A DNA stretch of 64,000 nucleotides from Candidatus Saccharimonadales bacterium (GTDB taxonomy: Bacteria; Patescibacteriota; Saccharimonadia; Saccharimonadales; Saccharimonadaceae): NCBI GenBank assembly GCA_038205065.1, contig JBBRCG010000004.1, forward strand, positions 793 to 64,792, given 5' to 3'. The notes beneath the pieces were generated by a model that saw nothing but the letters and a program-made list of their open reading frames with translations, did not search any database and was not told the origin of the DNA. Of this stretch, positions 19,105 to 28,486 are shown piece after piece. Each line of letters begins with the position of its first letter. Within the stretch, counting starts at the first letter, position 1. The translations under genes and the position numbers were made by a program.

Positions 19105-19333
19105 AACCTATAATAGCATGCGCTTACCCATATTGCAATAGTTCAAGCATTATTATATAACTAACACTCCTTCTCTCGTCAACAAACCCGTCTTCGCCAA
19201 GATAACCCTCTTTACACAATCATTCAGCACCTGCTGCAGGGTCATACCATCTGTTGCAATTCACTCCGCTCGTCTATAATACCCAGCAACAGCACAGTAA
19301 GTGCGATTATCTAAACAGAAAGGCGTATGGGTC

Positions 19334-19885
19334 ATGAACGAAGGCACGCAAACACGTAATCACAGCGGGCTCGCCACGGCATCATTGGTGCTCGGTATTC
19401 TGGCAGTCGTCTTCGGCCTCGTCGGCATCGGCGGTATCCTTGGCATTCTCGCGATCGTCTTCGGCGCGGTATCGTTAAAAGCCGACAAGAGTAAATCGAT
19501 CGCAGGTATTATCACTGGCGGAATCGGTGTCATCATATCTATCCTGGTTCTCATATTTATCACGCTCATCATGCCGCTGTCGCTCGTCGCACTGCGAGAG
19601 AATCAGCGGGATACTCAGCGCAAAGAAGATGTCTCTATCCTCGTCAGCGACGTCACGGGGTATGTGAGCAACAACCGCGGACAGCTACCGGATAACGACT
19701 GGGTTTCGGGCATGGCGTATAAACTCAATGAGGTGAAGCGCACCCAATTCGGCAACGATACGCCGCCAACCACCGATACTGCAAATTATCGAAGCGGCGA
19801 AGACTGCGACGGCAACATGGCCGCCCGTAAGTTCTCGCTCACGATACTTCTCGAACGTGGCGGTAGCTATTGTATGGGTTCATAG
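19334..19885 (+). CDS. DUF4190 membrane protein with pilin-like C-terminal domain
   Basis: GLATASLVLGIL...GILAIVFGAVSL...AGII.G.IG (DUF4190); QRDTQRKEDV...YVSNNRGQLP resembles CPR pilins. Confidence 0.7.
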   Translation: MNEGTQTRNHSGLATASLVLGILAVVFGLVGIGGILGILAIVFGAVSLKADKSKSIAGIITGGIGVIISILVLIFITLIMPLSLVALRENQRDTQRKEDVSILVSDVTGYVSNNRGQLPDNDWVSGMAYKLNEVKRTQFGNDTPPTTDTANYRSGEDCDGNMAARKFSLTILLERGGSYCMGS

Positions 19886-19942
19886 CGAGCCTTCGATAGC
19901 CCCCTTAACCCTCCACAATGCCCTGCAACGTGTCAACCCCCG

Positions 19943-20785
19943 CTAGTAGCGACTACCATTGCTCCGAATCAAATCCATCTTCGCCTCGATCACCATCTTT
20001 GCGTATTCATTCAGCACCAACTGCACAGTCAAATCATCTCTGTGCCAGCCGGCCGCAGAAAATCGCTCAGATTGCACGGGAGGGGAGACGGTCTTGATCT
20101 CAATATCCCAGGGGGTAAATTTGTACCAATCCATCCTCGCACGCTGAAGCACGAGATCCGTCGCGACGAGCGTGATCGATTTCGGATGCCATTTCATGGT
20201 TTCGAGCAAATCAAGCGATCGCTTCACGTTGTCGGGGAGGGTGACTGATCTATCCTCGATGATGATATCTTCAGGTGACACGCCTGCATCGATCGCGATC
20301 CGCGCCATCCTGACAGCCTCGGGCTCAATATTTTCTCTGTAATGCGGCCCATTGCCACTGACCATCAACGTGTCCGCGACGCCACTCTGATAGAGTTCGA
20401 CCGCACGCTCGACGCACACATTTAACTCCGAGCCAAAGACGAAGATCAGATCAGTTTTCGATTCATCTTGCTCAGGCACAAGTGCGTCGTAGACCCTGGA
20501 GTACACCTCGTGGTCTGGATTTGCGTGGATGAAGGCGACAATACCTTGATTTGTCTGCGTGATCGCCTCGACTAACTCGTCGAGACTCATGGCTGCGTTG
20601 CCGATGGACCGGCACCACTCCGTAGAAACTTCTGCAAGCTCAGCTAATTCACGGATCGGACCGAAAATATGGTCGTTGTTCTCGAGGTAATCGTAGTGCA
20701 TGGTAGGCTTTTGTGATTCATACCGAGATAACTCGATCACATCTTCGGCTGTCGGAAGCTCAGCTCCGCTCGTGCGTATCGTCAT
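19943..20785 (-). CDS. YdcF/DUF218 (ElyC/SanA-like) protein
   Basis: DLIFVFG...RAVELY..G....LMVSG.G...EA..M...AID.GVS.EDIIIEDRS.T..DN. Confidence 0.85.
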   Translation of the reverse strand: MTIRTSGAELPTAEDVIELSRYESQKPTMHYDYLENNDHIFGPIRELAELAEVSTEWCRSIGNAAMSLDELVEAITQTNQGIVAFIHANPDHEVYSRVYDALVPEQDESKTDLIFVFGSELNVCVERAVELYQSGVADTLMVSGNGPHYRENIEPEAVRMARIAIDAGVSPEDIIIEDRSVTLPDNVKRSLDLLETMKWHPKSITLVATDLVLQRARMDWYKFTPWDIEIKTVSPPVQSERFSAAGWHRDDLTVQLVLNEYAKMVIEAKMDLIRSNGSRY

Positions 20786-20800
20786 ATTGTTATCATATCA

Positions 20801-20860
20801 AAAAAAGCATTCAGCCCCCGGAACTCCGAGGGCTGAATGCCATTGGAGTTCCGGGGGCTC
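20801..20860 (-). terminator. Terminator with overlapping alternative (antiterminator-like) stem
   Basis: Minus strand: GCATTCAGCCC/GGGCTGAATGC plus T7, competing with AGCCCCCGGAACTCC/GGAGTTCCGGGGGCT. Confidence 0.65.
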
Positions 20861-20863
20861 ACG

Positions 20864-21223
20864 TCACCGGAGAGGGAGACCCTGCCACCACGCGCCCCCG
20901 TCAGCGGGGATACGATAGTACGCCCAGTAGGAACGACCGTTCTCCTCTGCGAGCACTGCGGGGACGAGATCGCCGAGCCGATCCGTCGGCCCATCACGTT
21001 GTACTCGTATGCCCTCAGGGCGCATGAAATTGATGTTGATCCCTCGCTCGCTTGCCGCACAGTCTGCGCAGCGCAGCGTCTCCTCCACGCCGAACGTGTC
21101 GGACTCGCGCCAGAGCTTGATGCCACCATGCCCACAGAGCTTGCAGACGTAGTTCGGCGGTGTGTGGGTCGACGAATAGTCGACCGGTTCTGTCGGAGTC
21201 GGATCTGAAACCCGAATTGTCAT
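20864..21223 (-). CDS. Hypothetical Cys-containing protein (CxxC...CxxC)
   Basis: YVCKLCG...LRCADCA; TAGACA-17-TATAGT promoter; start could be 21265. Confidence 0.6.
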   Translation of the reverse strand: MTIRVSDPTPTEPVDYSSTHTPPNYVCKLCGHGGIKLWRESDTFGVEETLRCADCAASERGININFMRPEGIRVQRDGPTDRLGDLVPAVLAEENGRSYWAYYRIPADGGAWWQGLPLR

Positions 21224-21309
21224 GGCGTCCCCTAGTCGAATTGTTTGTGGTGCGTTCATAACCACTATAGAATAATGCGAATAATCTGTCTAGAGTAGTG
21301 CAAGTATGC

Positions 21310-21912
21310 CTATTCGTTATTATCGTCGAGGTTAACCTTGATCGTCACGTAGCTCGGCGCGGCGTTTTGGTCGGAACTCCTAAACGCCGAGAGGAAAGAG
21401 TCGCCGTAGACCATCATATCTTCGAATGACTTCGGTACGACAGAGACACGGACGTACTGATTCTTACTGTTTTTGAAGTGATACTGCATATTCACGGACA
21501 TCGCATAATCAGTCTCAAACTGGGTGAATCCGGCTGCTTCGATCTTGGTCTTGAGATCGGCGACCGTATTGCTCACGGTATCATTGTGCGCATACTCAAT
21601 ACTTGATGAATAGGTGCGACTCTTGTCCCAGCTATAGACACGCTTATCACCAAAGATATCAGACTTCGCGCTGCGGTAAGAATCACCGAGATTGAAGCTC
21701 GTGTAAATCGATTTGATCTGGGATAGGCGAGACTCATTTATTTGATTTGCCGTCACGTGGATGAGAGCTCCAAATATGAGCGCAGCGCCCAAGATGGCCA
21801 TGAGTCCGATTACGAGATAGCTCACAATCCCACGCTTCACCAAAATGTGAGATCGTGACAGGGAAATAAATTGCTGTGGTTTCGAAACTTTTTTGATTGT
21901 TTTCTTCTTCAT
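21310..21912 (-). CDS. Hypothetical membrane-anchored protein
   Basis: Basic N-terminus, one TM, soluble C-terminal domain; TATAGT 6 nt before ATG. Confidence 0.7.
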   Translation of the reverse strand: MKKKTIKKVSKPQQFISLSRSHILVKRGIVSYLVIGLMAILGAALIFGALIHVTANQINESRLSQIKSIYTSFNLGDSYRSAKSDIFGDKRVYSWDKSRTYSSSIEYAHNDTVSNTVADLKTKIEAAGFTQFETDYAMSVNMQYHFKNSKNQYVRVSVVPKSFEDMMVYGDSFLSAFRSSDQNAAPSYVTIKVNLDDNNE

Positions 21913-22010
21913 ACTCCCACTATATCAAGGCGTAAGCTTTTCGCAATGATGAACAGAGCCAGAGACCCCTCCCGCCCGAAGTGGCATAGTGAACGCGAGG
22001 TGTGCTAAGA

Positions 22011-22232
22011 CTATTTTTCTTTTGGTACCGCAGTAAATGGACGACCGATAAACAAGTTAAAGAGACAAACCTTTAGCGCGCCCGAAAATACGAAGAATAC
22101 TCCGAGAATACCGAGAACCCACTGCGCTACCGTACTAGTTACGACGAAGGCGATCACGACAAGCGCGACACCGACGATGATTCGTAGTAATTGACCCGTC
22201 TTTCCACTCATGAAGTCGACAAATTTTTCCAT
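22011..22232 (-). CDS. DUF2892 (YgaP-like) small membrane protein
   Basis: R.IVGVALV...WVLGILG...SGA..VC...LFIG pattern; AAGGAG SD. Confidence 0.75.
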   Translation of the reverse strand: MEKFVDFMSGKTGQLLRIIVGVALVVIAFVVTSTVAQWVLGILGVFFVFSGALKVCLFNLFIGRPFTAVPKEK

Positions 22233-22405
22233 ACTAGCTTCTCCTTATTATATTTGTAGTATACTCTTTTTCCCGATGTGGATATATGACTATTCCCGGC
22301 GGGACACAGAAGGTATACCCCTCGGTAATACCAGCCCCTTGACACTCGGTCTGTAATAAATTTAACACCGGCGCATACTGGAACTATACAAGTAAAGGGG
22401 TAGCT

Positions 22406-22639
22406 ATGACACAGGAAGAAGCAATGAAACATGAAGACTGTAAGCACCACCACAAGCATCATCATATGGGGCGGGGCGGACAAGCCGGCGGGGCAGTGTA
22501 TGGCCTCGGCCTAATCGGCGCACTCATTTACTACCTATCGACCGCGACTAGTTTCTGGCTCGGTTTGTTTGGCATCCTCAAGGCCATCCTATGGCCCGCA
22601 TTTCTCGTATTTGAACTCATGAAATACCTGCATATGTAA
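22406..22639 (+). CDS. Small membrane protein with His-rich N-terminus
   Basis: HEDCKHHHKHHH then GAVYGLGLIGALIYY...GILKAILWPAFLV. Confidence 0.7.
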   Translation: MTQEEAMKHEDCKHHHKHHHMGRGGQAGGAVYGLGLIGALIYYLSTATSFWLGLFGILKAILWPAFLVFELMKYLHM

Positions 22640-22818
22640 TGAGCGATACATCTCACATCGCACTACTACGCGGAAACCATGTCGGAGTCGGTCGGCGAGT
22701 GCCAATGGCCACCCTCCGCTACTCGATTGAAAAGTTCGACAATAAAACTCGCACGCGCTATCTCAAACTGCGCAAATTCCATGACCATGATGCACTTCTC
22801 AAAAACATAGAACGATAA
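22639..22818 (+). pseudogene. Truncated DUF1697-like fragment (59 aa)
   Basis: Manual translation MSDTSHIALLRGNHVGVGRRVPMATLR... matches the DUF1697 N-terminal xALLRGINVGG..vpMaeLr; TAATG coupling to the upstream gene; far shorter than the family. Confidence 0.55.
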
Positions 22819-22844
22819 GCGATTTCAGGCGTACAATAATAGCT

Positions 22845-23741
22845 ATGACCAATATCCTCACAACCACCGATCTGACCAAACGCTATGGAAAAAGCCGGGG
22901 AATTGAAAAAATCAACTTATCCATCGAGGAAGGCGAGATCTTCGGCTTCATCGGTCCAAATGGCGCCGGCAAGTCGACGACTATACGCACGCTCCTCGGG
23001 CTAATCAAACCAACGAGTGGTAGCGCAACCATTTTCGGCAAAGACATCATACACGATGGTCCCGCGATTCGCGAAGAAATCGGCTACCTCCCGAGCGAAG
23101 TATTCTACTACGATAATATGCGCGTTATCGATCTCCTGAACTATTCAGCGAGTTTCTACAACAAGCCCGCCAAAGAGATGAAAGCCCGCATCCACGAGCT
23201 CGCCGCCAGGCTCAATCTTGACCTCAAGCGTAAGATCGACGACCTCAGTTACGGCAATAAGAAGAAGGTTGGAATCATCCAAGGCTTACTCCATAACCCC
23301 AAACTCATCATCCTCGATGAACCAACTGGCGGCCTCGACCCGCTTATGCAGCAGACGTTTTTTGAATTGCTCCGTGAAGAAAACAAGCGTGGCGCGACAA
23401 TTTTATTCAGTAGCCATATCTTGAGCGAAGTCCAAAAACTTTGCGACCGTGTCGCTATCGTCAAAGACGGTCGGCTTCTCAGGGTCGAGAAGATGGCTGA
23501 CCTACGCGGCAACAGCTACCTCAAATGTCGATTTGAGACCGAGCAGCCCCTCAATCGAGGCCTTTTAAAACTTCCAGGTGTCAGCAACCTTCAGGTCAAC
23601 GGTCACCATGTGAGCTTCCTCTACAGGGGTGATGTCAACAACGTTCTCAACCTCCTGGCAAAACTGAGGCCAAGGAGCGCGTGGATCGAAGAACCAGAAC
23701 TCGAAGAGATTTTCATGCACTACTACGAAGGAGCGCATTAG
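22845..23741 (+). CDS. ABC transporter ATP-binding protein
   Basis: GPNGAGKST Walker A, LSYGNKKK signature variant, ILDEPT Walker B, SSH. Confidence 0.96.
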   Translation: MTNILTTTDLTKRYGKSRGIEKINLSIEEGEIFGFIGPNGAGKSTTIRTLLGLIKPTSGSATIFGKDIIHDGPAIREEIGYLPSEVFYYDNMRVIDLLNYSASFYNKPAKEMKARIHELAARLNLDLKRKIDDLSYGNKKKVGIIQGLLHNPKLIILDEPTGGLDPLMQQTFFELLREENKRGATILFSSHILSEVQKLCDRVAIVKDGRLLRVEKMADLRGNSYLKCRFETEQPLNRGLLKLPGVSNLQVNGHHVSFLYRGDVNNVLNLLAKLRPRSAWIEEPELEEIFMHYYEGAH

Positions 23742-23744
23742 GCC

Positions 23745-24548
23745 GTGAACGTTTTCCGCTACGAACTGCGCGCCGCGCGAGTGACCACTGTGATTTGGAT
23801 TGTCGCGATCATCGCGCTGACATCGCTATATTTGTCGATCTACCCGGCGTTTAGTAAAGATTCGGCCCAACTGCTCGAAACCATCCATCGACTTCCGGCG
23901 GCGCTACACCACATCCTAGGCCTCGGCGGCAATGAGAAGCTTTTCAGCTTCCTCGGTTTCTTCGGGAACGTATTTCCATTCGTCACACTCATCGGCGGAA
24001 TCCAGGCCGCCGTAGTCGGCCTCGGCCTGCTTTCGAAGGAGCCGGCGAGTAATACGACCGATTTTTTGCTGTCAAAACCACGTAGCCGCGTCTCGATCTA
24101 CATACAGAAGTTGCTCTCAGGCGTGCTCATCCTGCTCGTCACGGAAGTACTCGTAGCCGCCAGCTCGTATGGGATCGCCAAAGCGTTTGGATCGGGCGAT
24201 ATCGACATGACACAGTACCTGCTGTTCTGGGGGGCATTTGCGCTCATCCAATTCTGGCTATTCTCACTCGGGCTCCTCGTCAGTCAGATCGCGCATCGAT
24301 TGAAGTCAGTCGCGCCATTTGCCATCGGTATTAGCTTCGGATTCTTCCTCCTGGCACTGTTCGGCCTGATAGTCGGCGACGATACCGTTCGCTGGATGAC
24401 GCCATTTCGCTTCATTGACTACCAAAAAATCGTCACCGACAGCGCGTATGACCTCTCGCACCTCTTGTATGGTATCGCTCTCATCGTCGTCTTCGGCGTC
24501 GTGAGCTTCATCATCTACACCCGAAAGGATATACCGGCAGCCATATGA
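23745..24548 (+). CDS. ABC-2 type permease
   Basis: Six TMs, SKE....TTDFLLSKPRSR, ends TRKDI. Confidence 0.9.
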   Translation: MNVFRYELRAARVTTVIWIVAIIALTSLYLSIYPAFSKDSAQLLETIHRLPAALHHILGLGGNEKLFSFLGFFGNVFPFVTLIGGIQAAVVGLGLLSKEPASNTTDFLLSKPRSRVSIYIQKLLSGVLILLVTEVLVAASSYGIAKAFGSGDIDMTQYLLFWGAFALIQFWLFSLGLLVSQIAHRLKSVAPFAIGISFGFFLLALFGLIVGDDTVRWMTPFRFIDYQKIVTDSAYDLSHLLYGIALIVVFGVVSFIIYTRKDIPAAI

Positions 24549-25342
24549 ACCTATTTATGCGCGAGCTAAGAGCCCACCGAATCCACCTCATTGTGTGGAG
24601 TATTGTGATGATCGCCTTTATGTTCCTAAGCATGGGCAAATACGCCGCGCTCTCGGGGGACGCCGCCGCTTCTCAGCAGCTCATCCAAACACTTCCGTCG
24701 ACCCTGCAGGCAGTGTTCGGGATGACGGGGCTTGACCTGACTACCATCCAGGGCTACTACGGCATCTGCTTCATCTTTATCTCGGTCATGCTCGCGATCC
24801 ATGCCGGCATGCTCGGCGCCGATCTCGTCTCGAAAGAGGAGCGTGACAAGACTGCCGAATTTCTGTACGTAAAACCTCGCGAAAGGGCATACCTGCTGAC
24901 AATGAAGCTGGTCGCCGGCGTACTCATCATGCTCGTCGTCTATATCGTGACGGCACTCGCGACCTACGGGTCAATCGCTTTGGTCAATAACGGCTCCGTG
25001 CCGGTCGGCGATCTCGTGCCATTTAGCCTCGCGCTTCTCTTGGTGCAGGCGCTATTCTATAGCGCAGGTGCGTTTTTTGCCTCAGTCCTCACGCACCCGA
25101 AGCAAGCCACGATGTACGTCTCGATCCTCGTCTTCGTTCTATACATCTCCGACGTGCTCTATGGACTGTCTGATCAGTTCGGTTTGTTCAAACAAATCAC
25201 GCCATTTGGCTATTTCAACGCCCGCGATATCCTCGCCGACATGCATCTGAACATCGGCTACGTCGCCATCACGGCGTCAGTAACTGCCGTCTTACTCATC
25301 GTTACCTACATAGGCTACACGCGCCGCGATTTCAAGATATAG
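24545..25342 (+). CDS. ABC-2 type permease (paralog)
   Basis: SKEERDKTAEFLYVKPRER, ends TRRDF. Confidence 0.9.
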   Translation: MNLFMRELRAHRIHLIVWSIVMIAFMFLSMGKYAALSGDAAASQQLIQTLPSTLQAVFGMTGLDLTTIQGYYGICFIFISVMLAIHAGMLGADLVSKEERDKTAEFLYVKPRERAYLLTMKLVAGVLIMLVVYIVTALATYGSIALVNNGSVPVGDLVPFSLALLLVQALFYSAGAFFASVLTHPKQATMYVSILVFVLYISDVLYGLSDQFGLFKQITPFGYFNARDILADMHLNIGYVAITASVTAVLLIVTYIGYTRRDFKI

Positions 25343-25421
25343 AAGTTTGCTTTTGATGCTTGTGGTTTGATATAATTTCTCTATACAGAAAAGTAGGGGG
25401 CATACCATCAGAGCCGTTTCA

Positions 25422-27473
25422 ATGACCCGATTTTGGCAACGCCGCATAGCGACGCTTTTGATTGCGTTTAGCGTGTTGGTGTTGATCGGCTATGGCGTCG
25501 AAAAGTTCGCCCCGATGATCAATCGCCGCACACTAGAGTGGACGCCCCTTATTGGCGTTAACTGGCTCGCCGCGATTGGCGCTGCTGTCGCGATCATTAT
25601 CGCCCTGTACGCGATCCTACACACCCACCCAGAGGATATCGGCGAAAGCGCAGTCGTCAGTTATGTAGCCTTCATGGCAGAGGCGGGTATCTTGGCCGTC
25701 ACGTCGCCATCGCTGCTACCGTATATCCTACTCTGGGCGATCGGCATACTTTTCGTGCCCCTGTTTGGCATTGGCCTCACTATCATCGCGGCCCTCATTG
25801 GCAACGGCTACATAGTTCTAGGGATATTCACTGGAGCGAGCTACTCGCTGCAGGAGCTCCTCTATCTATTCACGATCATAGACATACCCCTCATCCTCGG
25901 ACTCATCGCTTGGCGCAATATTGAATCGAGTGGTACGCATACCGCCGATACGAAAGAGGACCGATCCTATAGCGCCATCGCCAAACAGCTCAACCAAATT
26001 GCCGGCAAATCCGACGTGGTAATTCGGACAATCGGAGAAGGGGTGTTGGCCCTCAACGGCAAGGGCGTCATCGAACTCATCAATCCCGCCGCCCAGCAGA
26101 TCGTAGGGTGGGGTGATGGCGACGCACTAAACCTCAACTATAAATCCGTCCTCAAGCTCGTCGATAGCAAAAACGAGGCGCTCGATGACGCGCGCGACCC
26201 TGTACAGATCGCACTCGCGAGTAACAACCCCGCTTCGGCCGATAACTATAGCCTCGTGACTCAATCTGGTAGAAATCTGCTCGCCTCTGTTGTCGTCTCT
26301 CCTGTCGGACAACCCGGGATGGGTGTAATCGTCGTCTTCCGTGATATCACGAAGGAGCGTGAAGAAGAGCGCCAGCAAGCCGAATTTATCTCTACTGCCA
26401 GCCACGAGATGCGTACGCCGGTTGCATCAATCGAAGGCTACCTCGGGCTCACGCTCAACCCTCAGACCGCGCAAATCGACGACAAGGCGCGTGATTTCAT
26501 CACCAAAGCTCACGAATCCGCTCAGCATCTCGGCCGCCTCTTCCAGGACCTCCTGGACGTCTCGAAAGCCGACGATGCACGGCTTAAAAATGATCCGAAA
26601 CTTGTCGATGTCGTGACGTTCGTGAAGGATATCGTCGAGGGTCTCCGCCCGAAGGCTGACGAGAAACACCTCACCCTGATCTACCAACCAATGCTCGGCG
26701 CGCCCGTTGAGGGTCGCGACCGAATATCTGGTCGTGAATTGCACCCCATGTACTACGCGAACGTTGACAACGACCACTTGCGTGAGGTTGTCGCGAATCT
26801 CGTCGAAAATGGCATCAAATACACCCTCGAAGGCCAAGTAAAAGTCGACGTCACTGGTGACGAGAACCACGTCACAGTCAGCATCGCCGACACTGGGCTG
26901 GGTATCCCGAGAGAAGAACAGCCGCATCTTTTCCAGAAATTCTATCGCATCGATAACACTCAGACACGCGAAATCGGTGGCACCGGACTCGGACTTTACC
27001 TCTGTCGACGCCTCGCCGAAGCGATGAGCGGCCGCGTCTATCTCGAAAGCGAATACAAGAAGGGAAGTACGTTCTATCTCGAAATCCCTCGCACGTCGAG
27101 TCTCGACGCCTCGCGCATCATGCAGCAGACCGAACTTGAGGCCGCGACGATAGAGTCAACCGAGGTAGCTGACAACACGCTGCCAAGCGACGCTCTCGTC
27201 AGCGAAGTAACTGGCGAAGTGGCCGATATCCCTGCGCCTACGCCGGTTCAAGCACCAGTACAACCAGTCGTCGCGCCGGTGCCAGTTCCGGTTCCAACAC
27301 CCATTCCCGTCACAGCTCCCGCCGCTCCGCCTCAGCCAGTGTACGCACCGACACCGACAACTGATCAATCAAGTCGATTCCAAAATGTCCCGCTTAGCTC
27401 GCTCGAAGCCAACCGCGAACAATACGCCCGTCAGATCGAAAACCGGAACTTATCAATTCCACCCCGGGAATAA
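25422..27473 (+). CDS. Membrane sensor histidine kinase with PAS domain and Pro-rich tail
   Basis: Multiple TMs, PAS (IGEGVLAL...INPAA), ASHEMRTP, NLVENGIKY, DTGLGI, GTGLGL. Confidence 0.95.
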   Translation: MTRFWQRRIATLLIAFSVLVLIGYGVEKFAPMINRRTLEWTPLIGVNWLAAIGAAVAIIIALYAILHTHPEDIGESAVVSYVAFMAEAGILAVTSPSLLPYILLWAIGILFVPLFGIGLTIIAALIGNGYIVLGIFTGASYSLQELLYLFTIIDIPLILGLIAWRNIESSGTHTADTKEDRSYSAIAKQLNQIAGKSDVVIRTIGEGVLALNGKGVIELINPAAQQIVGWGDGDALNLNYKSVLKLVDSKNEALDDARDPVQIALASNNPASADNYSLVTQSGRNLLASVVVSPVGQPGMGVIVVFRDITKEREEERQQAEFISTASHEMRTPVASIEGYLGLTLNPQTAQIDDKARDFITKAHESAQHLGRLFQDLLDVSKADDARLKNDPKLVDVVTFVKDIVEGLRPKADEKHLTLIYQPMLGAPVEGRDRISGRELHPMYYANVDNDHLREVVANLVENGIKYTLEGQVKVDVTGDENHVTVSIADTGLGIPREEQPHLFQKFYRIDNTQTREIGGTGLGLYLCRRLAEAMSGRVYLESEYKKGSTFYLEIPRTSSLDASRIMQQTELEAATIESTEVADNTLPSDALVSEVTGEVADIPAPTPVQAPVQPVVAPVPVPVPTPIPVTAPAAPPQPVYAPTPTTDQSSRFQNVPLSSLEANREQYARQIENRNLSIPPRE

Positions 27474-27525
27474 GCATGAGAAGTATGGCATTTTCACAGT
27501 ACTAAGGATACAATGAGAGGTAATT

Positions 27526-28476
27526 ATGACAAAAATACTACTCGTCGAAGATGACAAGAGCCTGCGCGAGATTTATGGTGTTCGACTGCTTGCCGAAGGC
27601 TACGATATTATTTCTGCCGGCGACGGTGAAGAAGCCCTCGCGATGGCGATCAAGGACCGCCCAAATCTCATCGTCAGCGATGTGATGATGCCGAAAATCA
27701 GCGGCTTTGATATGCTCGATATCCTCCGCTCAACGACCGAGACAAAAGACATCCGGGTGATCATGATGACCGCACTTTCATCTGAAGACCAGCGCAAACG
27801 CGGCGAAGCCCTCGGGGCTGACCGCTACCTCGTGAAGTCTCAAGTGGGAATCGAAGATGTCGTTCGAACCGTCCATGAAGTCCTAGGTGACGCCCCCGTA
27901 TCGTCCGCGGCTGCCTTTTCGTCGATTCCAGCACCAAGTGCGCCAGTCGCGCCTATGCCGGCACCGGCTCCCGTCGCACCAGCTCCGGTGTCTATCCCTG
28001 TCTCTATGCCGACCCCTATGACGCCTACGCCTACCGCTCCGGCACCAGCCCCAATGCCCATGCCAACCCCTATGACGCCCGTCTCGGCCCCCGTGCAGCC
28101 CACGATGAATTCGACACTTCCTCAACCGACCGCCCCATTCTCGACCACGCGTCCCGCCAACCTCGGCGACCGCGTCATTCATCCTCTCGAAAATCCTGCT
28201 CCACAGAAAGATTTCGCCTCCATGATGGCCGGTGAACTGACCTCTACGCCACCCGCTCCAGCAGCTCCTGCCGCGCCGTCAGCACCACAGCAGATCGTCG
28301 TTACTCAAGCACCCGCGCCACAATCAGTACCGATTACGCCCCCCGCTCAGGCGACGCCGCCCGCACCAGTAGCGCCTCCGGTCCCATCAGGACTTAACTT
28401 CGAAGAGACTCCTCGACAGGAAACAGAGGCTCCTCCAGCTCCAACACCGCCCGTTCCACCGCAAACTGGTGTATAA
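27526..28476 (+). CDS. Response regulator receiver with long Pro/Ala/Thr-rich disordered C-terminus
   Basis: LLVEDD, VSDVMMPKISG, MMTAL, YLVKS, then about 190 low-complexity residues. Confidence 0.9.
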   Translation: MTKILLVEDDKSLREIYGVRLLAEGYDIISAGDGEEALAMAIKDRPNLIVSDVMMPKISGFDMLDILRSTTETKDIRVIMMTALSSEDQRKRGEALGADRYLVKSQVGIEDVVRTVHEVLGDAPVSSAAAFSSIPAPSAPVAPMPAPAPVAPAPVSIPVSMPTPMTPTPTAPAPAPMPMPTPMTPVSAPVQPTMNSTLPQPTAPFSTTRPANLGDRVIHPLENPAPQKDFASMMAGELTSTPPAPAAPAAPSAPQQIVVTQAPAPQSVPITPPAQATPPAPVAPPVPSGLNFEETPRQETEAPPAPTPPVPPQTGV

Positions 28477-28486
28477 TACACCTACT

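Noticed and set aside
27880-28460. Tandem DNA repeat or VNTR
   Set aside because: Low-complexity Pro/Ala coding sequence in frame with the receiver; codons vary, with no exact repeat unit
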